Made by a program: the position numbers and the translations under genes. Positions 1 to 9,273 of a DNA stretch of 64,000 bases are shown piece after piece. Each line of letters begins with the position of its first letter. Position 1 is the first letter of the stretch. The notes beneath the pieces are model-generated. The model ran no database searches. It saw only the letters and a program-made list of their open reading frames with translations, and had not been told where the DNA came from. This stretch comes from Gemmatimonadota bacterium (GTDB taxonomy: Bacteria; Gemmatimonadota; Gemmatimonadetes; Gemmatimonadales; GWC2-71-9), in contig JBGQFX010000007.1 in the NCBI GenBank assembly GCA_041497135.1, forward strand, positions 15,119 through 79,118, read 5' to 3'.

Positions 1-190
1 CGGCACGCATCGCGTGGGGTTCGATTCGCCAGCGGACCAGGTCACCGTCGAGCACGCGGCTCGATCGCGCGACGGCTTCGCCGCCGGCGCCCTCCTGGCC
101 GCGCAGTGGATCGTGGGCCGTCAGGGCGTGTTCGCGTTCGACGAGGTGCTGGACGAAATGCTCGGCCCACAGAGGAAGAGAGGCCTATGA
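1..190 (+). CDS. dapB: 4-hydroxy-tetrahydrodipicolinate reductase, C-terminal fragment (5' end outside the window)
   Basis: The frame is open from the window edge (codons from nt 2) to TGA at 188-190. The translation ...EHAARSRDGFAAGALLAAQWIVGRQGVFAFDEVLDEM fits the conserved DapB C-terminus. The stop overlaps the dapA ATG (ATGA). Confidence 0.8.
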   Translation, partial: GTHRVGFDSPADQVTVEHAARSRDGFAAGALLAAQWIVGRQGVFAFDEVLDEMLGPQRKRGL

Positions 191-1113
191 CGATGCGCGT
201 GGATTGGCTGCGCGGCTGCGGAACGGCGCTCGTCACGCCGTTCCGGACCGACGGCGCGGTGGACGAGGCTCGGCTCCGCGCCCTGGTCGAGCGGCAGATC
301 GCGGGCGGCGTCCCCTTGCTCGTCCCCTGCGGCACCACGGGGGAGAGCGTGACCATGACCGACGAGGAGCAGCGGCGGGTCATCGCCATCACCGTGGAGG
401 TGGCGCGCGGAGCTGGCGCGCGAGTGATCGCGGGAGCGGGGGGGAACGCGACGGCTGGCACGGTGCAGCGCGCCAAGGCGGCGCGCGCCGCGGGCGCGGA
501 CGCGGTGCTGGTCGTGGCGCCCTATTACAACAAGCCGACCCAGGCGGGGCTTACGGCACACTACCAAGCCGTCGCGGCGGCGGTGCCCGGATTCCCGGTC
601 GTGCCCTACAACGTTCCCGGGCGGACCGGCTCCAATATCGAAGCGGCCACGCTCTTGTCTCTGGCGCGGAGCGAGGAGAACATCGTGGCCGTAAAGGAAG
701 CGTCGGGGAACCTCGCCCAGATCATGGCGATCCTGCGCGAGCGGCCGGATGGCTTCCGCGTGCTCTCCGGCGACGACGCGATCACACTGCCGATCATCGC
801 GCTCGGGGCGGACGGCATCATCTCGGTGGTGTCGAACGAAGTGCCCGACCTCATGTCCCGGATGACCGACCTCGCGCTCCAGGGCGATTGGGCCGGCGCG
901 CGGGCGTTGCACTTCCGGCTGCTGCCGCTCATGGACGCGAATTTCATCGAATCCAACCCCGGGCCGGTGAAGGCCGCGATGGCGCTGCTCGGTCTCCTGG
1001 AGGAACGGTTCCGCCTGCCCCTCGTTCCGGTCCAGGACAAGACGCGGACCCGCCTGCGCGAGATCCTCCAGGATCTTGGGGTGCTGGGTCGCGCCGCGCA
1101 TGTCGCTGCGTGA
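187..1113 (+). CDS. dapA: 4-hydroxy-tetrahydrodipicolinate synthase
   Basis: Lies in ORF 106-1113. ATG 187 gives MTMRVDWLRGCGTALVTPFR...PCGTTGESVTMTDEE...YNKPTQ..., the typical DapA/DHDPS family signature. I chose the internal ATG because it overlaps the dapB stop. Confidence 0.93.
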   Translation: MTMRVDWLRGCGTALVTPFRTDGAVDEARLRALVERQIAGGVPLLVPCGTTGESVTMTDEEQRRVIAITVEVARGAGARVIAGAGGNATAGTVQRAKAARAAGADAVLVVAPYYNKPTQAGLTAHYQAVAAAVPGFPVVPYNVPGRTGSNIEAATLLSLARSEENIVAVKEASGNLAQIMAILRERPDGFRVLSGDDAITLPIIALGADGIISVVSNEVPDLMSRMTDLALQGDWAGARALHFRLLPLMDANFIESNPGPVKAAMALLGLLEERFRLPLVPVQDKTRTRLREILQDLGVLGRAAHVAA

Positions 1114-1933
1114 GCGCGTCGAGGCGCTCGCGGCGGCGGGCCGTTCGACCTATACCGACGCCGATCGCGCGCTGTTCGCCGAATTCCGCGCCGCGCTGAG
1201 CCGCGGGGAGATCCGCGCCGCCGAGCGCGCCCCAAGCGGGGAGTGGCTCGTCAACGCCTGGGTGAAGCGGGGAATCTTGCTGGGCTTCCGGATCGGGACG
1301 CTCATCGACATGTCGGCGCACGAGACGCTGCGATTCTTCGACAAGGACACCTACCCGGTCCGTCCCACCACACTCGCCGACCGGGTCCGCATCGTGCCCG
1401 GCGGCTCGAGCATTCGCGATGGGAGCTACGTCGCCCCCGGCGTCGTGTGCATGCCGCCGATGTACGTCAACGTCGGCGCCTACGTGGACGAGGGGACGAT
1501 GATCGACAGCCACGCCCTCGTCGGCTCGTGCGCCCAGATCGGCAAACGCGTCCACCTGTCCGCGGCGGCCCAGGTGGGGGGCGTGCTCGAGCCGGTGGGC
1601 GCGATGCCGGTGATCGTCGAGGACGACGTGCTCGTGGGCGGGGGGTGCGGCATCTATGAGGGGACCATCGTGCGCGAGCGCGCCGTGCTCGCGGCAGGGA
1701 CCATTCTCACGGGGTCCACGCCGGTGTACGATGTCGCAAGGGGACAGGTGTATCGCCGGCCGCCGGCGGGCGCGCTCGAAATCCCGCCAGGTGCGGTGGT
1801 GGTTCCGGGGGCGCGAGCCCTGACGGAGGGGGCGGGAGTGGGGTGGGGCCTCTCGCTGTACGCCCCGGTGATCGTGAAATACCGTGACGAGCGGACCGAC
1901 GCGGCGACCGAGCTCGAGGACTTGCTCCGGTGA
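1100..1933 (+). CDS. dapD: 2,3,4,5-tetrahydropyridine-2,6-dicarboxylate N-succinyltransferase
   Basis: Lies in ORF 1076-1933. The protein from ATG 1100 shows the DapD N-domain (WLVNAWVKRGILLGFR) followed by hexapeptide-repeat LbH segments. It overlaps the dapA end by 14 nt. Confidence 0.88.
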   Translation: MSLRERVEALAAAGRSTYTDADRALFAEFRAALSRGEIRAAERAPSGEWLVNAWVKRGILLGFRIGTLIDMSAHETLRFFDKDTYPVRPTTLADRVRIVPGGSSIRDGSYVAPGVVCMPPMYVNVGAYVDEGTMIDSHALVGSCAQIGKRVHLSAAAQVGGVLEPVGAMPVIVEDDVLVGGGCGIYEGTIVRERAVLAAGTILTGSTPVYDVARGQVYRRPPAGALEIPPGAVVVPGARALTEGAGVGWGLSLYAPVIVKYRDERTDAATELEDLLR

Positions 1934-2997
1934 CCGGCGCACCGCCGGCCCCCCCCCGGATCCGGGTCGGCATCCTGGGCGCGACGGGGACGGTGGGGCA
2001 GCGCTTCGTCCAGCTGCTCGAGCGTCACCCCCAGTTCACGGTGACCGCGCTGGCGGCGTCGGATCGCTCGCAGGGGAAGCCGTACCGTGAGGCGTGCGTG
2101 TGGCGCCTGCCGGGCGAGATGCCTGCGGCGGCGGGGGAGCTGCCCGTCGAGGCGCCGCGGCCGCCGCTCGCGTGCGATGTGATCTTTTCCAGTCTGCCGG
2201 CGGATCTCGCGCGCGACGTGGAGGGGAGCTTCGTCCAGGCGGGGTACCCGGTGATCAGCAATTCGTCGCCGTTCCGGATGGACGCGGACGTGCCGCTGGT
2301 CATTCCCGAAGTCAATCCGGAGCACCTCGGGCTACTCGACAGACGGACCGCTCCCGGCTTCATCGTCACCAACCCCAACTGCTCGGCCGTCATGCTCGCC
2401 CTGGCGCTCGCACCGCTGCAGGCGCGCTTCGGCGTCGAGGCAGTCGCGGCGACGACGCTGCAGGCCATCTCGGGGGCCGGCTACCCGGGCGTGGCCGCGC
2501 TCGACATCACCGACAACGTGCTGCCCTTCATCGCCGGCGAGGAGGAGAAGATCGAGCGCGAGACACTGAAGCTGCTGGGCCGATTCGTCGACGGGCGGAT
2601 CGCGCCGGCGGACTTCGCGGTCAGCGCGCAGTGCCACCGGGTGAACGTGGTGGACGGCCACCTGGCGGCCGTGCGGGTCAAGCTCGCCCAGCCTGCCGAG
2701 CCGGCCGCGCTGGCGGAGGCCATGGCGTGCTTCAGCGGCGAGCCGCAGCGGCTGCGGCTGCCCAGCGCGCCTGAGCATCCGATCATCGTGCGCTTGGAGC
2801 CCGACCGCCCACAGCCGCGCCTCGATCGCGATGCGGGAGGCGGGATGAGTGTGACTGTGGGCCGCATCGCGCGCGATCGCGTGCTCGGGCACCGGTTCGT
2901 CGTGCTGAGCCACAACACGATTCGCGGGGCCGCCGGCGCGGCGATTCTCAACGCGGAGCTACTCCTGGCGCAGGGGCGCCTGCGCCAAGTCGGGTAA
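1930..2997 (+). CDS. asd: Aspartate-semialdehyde dehydrogenase
   Basis: The GTG start overlaps the dapD TGA (GTGA). Motifs: RVGILGATGTVGQRF NAD-binding motif, NPNCS active-site cysteine motif, HNTIRGAAG near the C-terminus. Confidence 0.93.
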   Translation: MTGAPPAPPRIRVGILGATGTVGQRFVQLLERHPQFTVTALAASDRSQGKPYREACVWRLPGEMPAAAGELPVEAPRPPLACDVIFSSLPADLARDVEGSFVQAGYPVISNSSPFRMDADVPLVIPEVNPEHLGLLDRRTAPGFIVTNPNCSAVMLALALAPLQARFGVEAVAATTLQAISGAGYPGVAALDITDNVLPFIAGEEEKIERETLKLLGRFVDGRIAPADFAVSAQCHRVNVVDGHLAAVRVKLAQPAEPAALAEAMACFSGEPQRLRLPSAPEHPIIVRLEPDRPQPRLDRDAGGGMSVTVGRIARDRVLGHRFVVLSHNTIRGAAGAAILNAELLLAQGRLRQVG

Positions 2998-3076
2998 TCG
3001 TCGTATTTCCTTCATCATATTGATCCTGATCGAGATCGTCGTCGCGGTGGTGCTGGGAGGCCACTGAACGGGCGTT

Positions 3077-3523
3077 CTAGAACCCCAGGAGATGCGCCCG
3101 CCACAGGGACGCGGCCGCGGCAGCCACGAGCAGCAGCGCCACCACCCCCAGCACGATCCAGGTCAGCGGCGGGACGCGGCGGCGGCGCTTCCTCGCGTAC
3201 GTAGCGCTGGGCCGCAGCACCTCGAGCGAGTTCCGTACCGCGCTGACACCGGTGAAGAAGGAGTACTTGAGGTTTCTGACGGGGAGCGGCGCGACCGCCA
3301 CCGGCGCCGGCGTGGCGGGCGGGCGGTGGTCCCGCAGCACCGCGTACGCCTCGTTGATCAGCTGCTGATTGTGCAGCGCCTTCTCGTGCAGCCGGTCGTT
3401 CTCGGGGAAGCGGTCGGGGTGCCAGACCTGCGCCAGGTCCCGAAACGCGGTTTTGACCTCATCGAGAGTGGCGCCGGGGTGGAGCCCCAGCAGCCGGTAG
3501 GCCGTGGTCGGATCGATGGTCAT
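3077..3523 (-). CDS. J-domain (DnaJ-like) protein with a C-terminal transmembrane anchor
   Basis: Internal ATG at 3523 of ORF 3077-4279. Motifs: YRLLGLHPGATLDEVKTAFRDLAQVWHPDRF (J domain with HPD) and a C-terminal hydrophobic helix LTWIVLGVVALLLVAAAAASLW. The upstream 250 codons of the ORF look like high-GC read-through. Confidence 0.8.
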   Translation of the reverse strand: MTIDPTTAYRLLGLHPGATLDEVKTAFRDLAQVWHPDRFPENDRLHEKALHNQQLINEAYAVLRDHRPPATPAPVAVAPLPVRNLKYSFFTGVSAVRNSLEVLRPSATYARKRRRRVPPLTWIVLGVVALLLVAAAAASLWRAHLLGF

Positions 3524-3664
3524 GGTAGCGTCGAGATCTCGCAGGAATCGGGCCGTGAAGCCCTGAAGATGCCGGTCGGGGGGTGAAACCGGCAGGGCAT
3601 GGTATGCCCGTCGGTCTCCCCCCGCTTGGCGGGGCAGAGTCAATACGCCTATTTTCCGGCCCCC

Positions 3665-5719
3665 ATGCGGATCTCTTCCTGCTTCATGTGTCTGTGGGCC
3701 GGCGCCGCGGCCCCGCTCATCGGCCAACGTGCGGCGGATGGGGCGACCGCGGGGCGGCTCGAGATTGTCGCCGCGCCGGCGCCCCTGCCGATCGACGTCG
3801 ATGGCGTCCTCGATGACTCGGTGTGGCAGGTGACCGCGCCCGTCACGGGATTCGTGCAGAGCGAGCCCGATGAGGGTCGGCCCGCAACCGAGCGGACCGA
3901 GGTGTGGGTTGCCAGCGATGCCACCACGCTGTACGTGGCGGCGCACCTGTACGACTCCCGTCCCGACGCCCTCGTGGTGAACGACATCCGCAAGGACTTC
4001 CGGACCGACAACCAGGACACCTTCGAGGTCATTTTCGACACGTTCGCCGACCGGCGCAACGGCTATGTGTTCGTGACCAACCCGGCCGGCGCCCGGGCCG
4101 ACGAGCAGGTGGCGAACGAAGGGCGCGAGACGAACAGCAGCTGGGACGCGCCGTGGGTCGCCCGCACCCGCCGGGTGGTGGACGGTGGAGATGGCCATTC
4201 CCTTCCGCGCGCTCCGCTCGGGCGGCGGGTCGCACGGTGTCTGGGGCGTCAACTTCAGTCGCCGTCTCCGGCGCCGCAACGAGGTGGACTTCTGGGCCCC
4301 GGTGCCCCGGGCCTACGCCCTGACCCGCCTGTCGCTGGCGGGTGATCTGGTCGGCCTGCCGGCTTCGACCGGAGGTCGGGATCTCCGCGTCACGCCCAAC
4401 GTGCTGGGGCGTACGGTGCGGGACATCGGGGGGGCGGGCTTCGCGCAGAAGGGCGACGCTGGCGTCGACCTGAAGCTCGGGTTGACCCGTGGCCTCACGC
4501 TCGACGTGACGGCCAATCCCGATTTCGCGCAGGCCGAGGCCGACGAGCAGCAGGTGAACCTGACGCAATTCAGCCAGTTCTTCCCCGAAAAGCGCGATTT
4601 CTTCCTCGAGAATTCGGGGGAGTTCTACGTCGGGGACACGCCGCGCAACACGCGCATCGCGCAGGCACCGCGTGGCGACGAGGATCTGCTGCTCTTCTTC
4701 AGCCGCCGCATGGGGCTCGCCTAGGACGGCGGGCCGGTGGGAATCGACGGCGGCGTCCGAATGACGGGGCATGTCGCGGGGATGGGCGTCGGGGCGCTCG
4801 CGCTGCCGGGATACCATCCCCGGGAGCGACTACGCGGTGGTGCGCCTGCGCCGTGACCTGTTCAAGAGCTCGGATGTCGGGATGGTGTTCATGCAGCGCA
4901 GTGCGGTCCACGACCGCGCCGACATGAACCGGGTCTACGGCGCGGACGCCACCTTCCGGTTGCCCGAGCGCATCGATTGGAGCACCTTCGCCGTCAACAC
5001 GGAGACCGACCGGACCACTGGTGGGTCGTGGGCGTTCCAGACCTCATTCAATCGGGAGGGGAACTTCTCGCACGTGAAGGTCGGGCTGTTCTCGATGGGA
5101 GAGGCCTTCAACGACGAGCTCGGGTTCTACAACCGCACGGGAGTCCGGGACTGGACCATGGCCGTCGGCGTCCGGCCGCGCTTGGCCGGGCTGCGCCGCG
5201 CCGGGGTGCGCGAGATGCACCCGCACCTGACGTGGAACTACCATACCGACCAGTCGGGGCGGCTCGCCGCCGTACCAGTGGAACGAGTGGATGTTGGCCG
5301 GGGCCACCGATGAGAGCCGCGCGGTGTCGGCGGCCTTCCAGGGCGTGGCCGGCGGCCTGTGGAACGGGACGCAGCGCACCGTTCACCTGACGGTGACGCT
5401 GCGGCCGTCCTACCACCTCTGGGCCAGCCTCGGCATGCAGCGGACTGCGGCCGACCTCGCCGGACCAGGGGGGAAGTTCGTGGAAGAGCTGTGGACCCTG
5501 CGTGGCAACTACTCATTCACGACCAACATGTTCGTGGACGCGCTGGCCCAGTACGACGCGAGCAGCCGCCAGCTGAACGCCAACGTGCGGTTCGACCTCA
5601 TTCACCACCCGTTGAGCAATCTGTTCCTCGTCTACAACGAGCAGCGTACGACACGACCCGGCGCACCGGCGCCGGGCCGCAGCGTGATCCTCAAGTTCAC
5701 CCGGATGGTGGCGTTCTAG
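3665..5719 (+). pseudogene. Disrupted CBM9-like/DUF5916 family outer-membrane protein gene, paralogue of 26977-29679
   Basis: Four successive ORFs (3599-4345, 4185-4724, 4771-5313, 5291-5719) together read as one protein with a signal peptide from ATG 3665. Joining them requires three frame changes and read-through of an in-frame TAG at 4722-4724. Blocks are shared with the intact paralogue, for example TGFVQSEPDEGRPATERTEV vs VGFQQNQPNEGQPATQRTEV, and NPDFAQAEADEQQVNLTQFSQFFPEKRDFF vs NPDFGQVEVDPAVVNLSAFETFFEERRPFF. Confidence 0.75.
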
Positions 5720-6972
5720 CTGGAAACGCTCTCGGGCTTCCACGTCCCCTTCGCCACCGCGGGCACGAAGCTCTCGATCCCTGGCGGCGGAAAGCTCAGC
5801 GTCTTCCCCTCCTCGGCGCTCTGGTAGGCGGTCATCAGCACCTTCACCACCTCGAGGCCATCGTCAAACGTGAGCTGGGGCTCTTCCTTGCCGAGGAACG
5901 CGCGCACGAAATGGCGGTCCTCGGCCTCGTAGCCGTAGGCGGAGGCCTCATTCGCCACCACCGGCATCAGCCCTATTTCGGCATTCTGTTTTTCGACCAG
6001 ATCCTCACCAGCCTTGCCCTGCACCTCGCGACTGAAAAACAGCTTCAGCCCCGCGTCGAGTGTGTTCCACGACATCGAGTACTCGGGGCCGAGCAGTTCG
6101 GCACTGAGCCTGAGTCCCGCGCCGATGAAGCTCCACGACGTCGTGGCTTCGCCCAGCACACGCAGGCCGTCCGCCGTCTCGAACTCAATCATCACGCTGG
6201 CGAAATCCTCGGAGGGCTTCCGGGTGTAGTCGACCTCGCTGCCCATCTGACGGCTGAGCCGCTCGGCGTACGCCGGCCGCGACCACTTGAGGCTCGCGAT
6301 GTGGCCGGTGATCCGCACCGGCTTCACGCTGGCGAGCGGCTCGCCCGGCTTGGTCAGCAGGTGCCGTACGACCAGCGCCGAGTGGCACATCATGTCGTTC
6401 AGGACGCCGCCGCCCTGCAGGTTGCCGCGCCAGAACCAGGGCGAGTGTGGGCCGGCGTGCTCTTCGGCGGCTCGCGCGAGATAGGGCCGTCCCGTGAGCG
6501 CGGCGCCGCGCGCCCAGAGAATGGTCCGGCCCCGCTCGACCTGGGGGGCGAAAAGCTGATTCTCCAGATAGCCGTGCTTCAATCCCGCCCGCTTCACGAG
6601 CTCGAGGACCTGCGTCGCCTCGGCGACGTTGCGCCCCAGGGGCTTCTCGCAGGCGATCCCCGCGAGCGTGGCGCGACCCCGTTGGACGGCGCTGGTGATC
6701 TCTTCGACGTTCTCGAGGCGCGCGAAGTTCGGGGCGGTGAGCCAGACGGCATCGATGGCGGGATCATCCACCATCTCGGTGATGGACGCGTATGGCGTCG
6801 CGTGTCCGACGTCGAGCCGGCGGGCCAGCGCGGCAGCGTCCGCCGCTCGGCTTCGATCCGGATCCCAGATCCCCAGCACGTCCGCGTCCCGCACGCCCTG
6901 GAGGGCCTGGAAATGGAAGCGCGCGTTGAAACCGGCGCCGACGAACCCGATGCCCAGCCGCCGCTCGGCCAT
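5716..6972 (-). CDS. Gfo/Idh/MocA family NAD(P)-dependent oxidoreductase
   Basis: Internal ATG at 6972 of ORF 5716-7074 gives MAERRLGIGFVGAGFNARFH (Rossmann GxGxxG) and ...IACEKPLGRN (the EKP motif of this family). Confidence 0.85.
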   Translation of the reverse strand: MAERRLGIGFVGAGFNARFHFQALQGVRDADVLGIWDPDRSRAADAAALARRLDVGHATPYASITEMVDDPAIDAVWLTAPNFARLENVEEITSAVQRGRATLAGIACEKPLGRNVAEATQVLELVKRAGLKHGYLENQLFAPQVERGRTILWARGAALTGRPYLARAAEEHAGPHSPWFWRGNLQGGGVLNDMMCHSALVVRHLLTKPGEPLASVKPVRITGHIASLKWSRPAYAERLSRQMGSEVDYTRKPSEDFASVMIEFETADGLRVLGEATTSWSFIGAGLRLSAELLGPEYSMSWNTLDAGLKLFFSREVQGKAGEDLVEKQNAEIGLMPVVANEASAYGYEAEDRHFVRAFLGKEEPQLTFDDGLEVVKVLMTAYQSAEEGKTLSFPPPGIESFVPAVAKGTWKPESVSS

Positions 6973-6973
6973 G

Positions 6974-7564
6974 TCAGTGTCCCCCGAGGCCGAGCTTGGC
7001 GAGCTGTTCCGGGGGACAGCCCTGCCAGTCGACCACGAACACGTTGCCTTTGTACTGGATGTCGGCGACGCCAATCTGGCTGGACCAGAACCCGGACGCG
7101 GTAAAATCGCGGAATTTGTTGAAGAACGACACGCCCTGATGCACGCCCGCCGGCGCCTTGTCGGGCCAGGCGATGTCGTCGAGCAGGGCGCTGCGTTGCG
7201 GCGCTTCGGCGCTCAGGAAGTCCTTCCCGGAGCGGCGGTGCGCTTCGGTGTCGAGCCAGGCCAGGCCGCCCCGCATCCAGAGCTGCTCGTCGGGATACTC
7301 GACCAGGATGAAGTCCATGAACTCTGGCACGCCCGCATCGGTCGCGCCGCCGGAGCGCTCGTCTTTGGGAATCACGAGGTCGACCAGCGTCCGCACGGTT
7401 TGCCATTCGTGGTCGGTGAAGAACTTCGGGGCGTAGGCTTGCCGGGGGGCCCCGAGCAGCTCACGCACAAAGCGAGAGCCGCGCAGCGCCGCGGCGGGTG
7501 GCAGTGGAAGCGCGCCCACGAAGGGCGCGACGGCGAGCAGCTCGACGGCTTCGCGGCGTTTCAC
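6974..7564 (-). CDS. Gluconate 2-dehydrogenase subunit 3-like small subunit (RR-containing N-terminus)
   Basis: C-terminal 196 codons of ORF 6974-8857. The GTG at 7564 overlaps the TGA of the GMC gene (GTGA). The N-terminus is VKRREAVELLAVAPF..., followed by ...IPKDERSGGATDAGVPEFMDF.... Pairing with a GMC flavoprotein is typical for this family. Confidence 0.72.
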   Translation of the reverse strand: MKRREAVELLAVAPFVGALPLPPAAALRGSRFVRELLGAPRQAYAPKFFTDHEWQTVRTLVDLVIPKDERSGGATDAGVPEFMDFILVEYPDEQLWMRGGLAWLDTEAHRRSGKDFLSAEAPQRSALLDDIAWPDKAPAGVHQGVSFFNKFRDFTASGFWSSQIGVADIQYKGNVFVVDWQGCPPEQLAKLGLGGH

Positions 7565-9261
7565 AGCGCCCCCTTCTTCATCTGATCGGTGATGTAATCG
7601 CTGGTGCGCATCGACAGCGCGAGAATCGTCCACGTCGGATTCTTGTCCGCCTGGGACACGAACGGTGCGCCGTCGGCGACGAACAGGTTCTTCACGTCCC
7701 AGGCTTGGCAGCTCGGGTTGAGCACCGACGTCTGGGGATCGGTCCCCATCCGGGTGCCACCTAGCTCGTGGATGATGCGTCCGCCAGGGGCGATGCCGTA
7801 GTCGCTCTCGGGACCGAGCTTCCCCCACATGAGGGTGCCGCCCATCTCGTGGATCATCGCCTCGAAGGTGTCCTGCATGTGCTTCACCTGCTTGATCTCG
7901 TGGTCCGACCACTTCCAGTGGAAACGCAGCACCGGAATGCCCCAGCGGTCCACGGTGTCGGGGTCGATCTCGCAGTAGCTGTCGTCGTTCGGAATCATCT
8001 CGCCGCGGCCTGAGAATCCGACCATCGAGCCGTAGTAGTGGCGGTACTTCTGCTTCAGGTCGGATCCGTAGCCGCCGCCCGCGCCCGGGAACCCCTGGAT
8101 CCCGCCCATGAAACCGTAGCTCGGCATGCCGCGGCCGCCCCAGACCTCGATGTGGTAGCCGCGCGGGAAGTCGAGTTTCTTGTTGTCGAGCCACCACGGC
8201 ATGTAGAGGTGCATCCCGCCCACGCCATCTTCGTTGTGCGGGATCCCGTCGACGAGCTTGGGGATGAACCCGCCCATATCGGTGCCCGTCGTGTCGGTGA
8301 TGTACTTGCCCAACGTTCCGCTCGAATTGGCGAGCCCCTGGGGGAAGCGCCCCGAGCGGGAGTTGAGCAACAGCCGCGACGACTCGAGGGCGCTCGCCGC
8401 CAGCACGACGACGCGTGCCCGGACGGCCTGTTCCTGACCGGTGGTCTTGTCGATGTAGGCGACCCCGCTCGCCAGTCCGCGGGCGTCGGTCAGCACCTCG
8501 CGCGCCATCGCGTTGGGAATGATGGTGAGCTTGCCGGTCTGCAGTGCCGGTTTGAGCAGCACGGCCGGCGAGGAAAAGTTCGCGTTGGTGCGGCAGCCCC
8601 GGCCGCACTGGCCGCAGTAGTGGCACGCCGCGCGGCCGTTCACGGGGCGCGTGATGATCGAGAGGCGGGACGGGATGCAGGTGATGTTCAGGCGGTCGGC
8701 GGCCTGTTTCACCAGCAGCTCGTAGCAGCGCGGCTTGGGTGGCGGCAGGAAAATGCCGTTGGGCTCGTTGGGGAGGTTTTCGTTCGATCCGAACAGACCG
8801 ATCAGCCGGTCGATGCGATCGTAATAGGGTTTGACGTCTTCGTACGTGATGGGCCAATCGTCGCCCAAACCGTCCAGCGACTTGCGCCTGAAGTCGTAGG
8901 GCCCGAAGCGGAGCGAAATACGACCCCAGTGGTTAGTGCGGCCGCCCAGCATCCGGGCGCGAAACCAGTCGAACCGGCTACCGGGGGCGGTCGTATACGG
9001 CTCCCCTTCGATATTCCAGCCGCCCAATCCCGCATCGAATTCTCCCCCGAACTGGTGCTCCTTCGTGTCCCTCCCCCGTCGGGGCGATTGGTAGGCCCAC
9101 TGCAGCATGGCCGAGTCCTCGGTGGAGAACCAGAGCGGCCCTGCTTCGATGAGCGCCACATTGGCGCCGGCCTTGGTGAGCGTGTAGGCGGCCATGCCGC
9201 CTCCGGCTCCGGAGCCGATGATGCAGACGTCGTAGGGAGTTTGGCGGGAGAGAAAAGGCAT
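7561..9261 (-). CDS. GMC family FAD-dependent oxidoreductase
   Basis: Motifs: YDVCIIGSGAGGGMAAYTLTKAGANVALIEAG (FAD-binding GxGxxG), a CxxCxxC-like HYCGQCGRGC segment, and a C-terminal GTxRMG...ADGSxF GMC signature (HELGGTRMG...LFVADGAPF). Confidence 0.9.
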   Translation of the reverse strand: MPFLSRQTPYDVCIIGSGAGGGMAAYTLTKAGANVALIEAGPLWFSTEDSAMLQWAYQSPRRGRDTKEHQFGGEFDAGLGGWNIEGEPYTTAPGSRFDWFRARMLGGRTNHWGRISLRFGPYDFRRKSLDGLGDDWPITYEDVKPYYDRIDRLIGLFGSNENLPNEPNGIFLPPPKPRCYELLVKQAADRLNITCIPSRLSIITRPVNGRAACHYCGQCGRGCRTNANFSSPAVLLKPALQTGKLTIIPNAMAREVLTDARGLASGVAYIDKTTGQEQAVRARVVVLAASALESSRLLLNSRSGRFPQGLANSSGTLGKYITDTTGTDMGGFIPKLVDGIPHNEDGVGGMHLYMPWWLDNKKLDFPRGYHIEVWGGRGMPSYGFMGGIQGFPGAGGGYGSDLKQKYRHYYGSMVGFSGRGEMIPNDDSYCEIDPDTVDRWGIPVLRFHWKWSDHEIKQVKHMQDTFEAMIHEMGGTLMWGKLGPESDYGIAPGGRIIHELGGTRMGTDPQTSVLNPSCQAWDVKNLFVADGAPFVSQADKNPTWTILALSMRTSDYITDQMKKGAL

Positions 9262-9273
9262 GGGCCTCGTAGA

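Noticed and set aside
3020-3067. A tiny hydrophobic ORF (TTG start, ILIEIVVAVVLGGH) between asd and the J-domain gene.
   Set aside because: It has only 15 codons, a non-ATG start and no ribosome-binding site. It is indistinguishable from chance.
5359-7104. Long antisense or alternative-frame ORFs reported in the track. Examples: 5359-7104 +, 9409-11355 -, 40237-42267 +, 43024-44649 +, 59400-61295 +, 61756-63156 -, 54448-55662 +.
   Set aside because: Each overlaps a gene with clear family motifs in another frame or strand. Each also has Arg/Ala/Gly/Pro-rich composition typical of out-of-frame translation of high-GC coding DNA.
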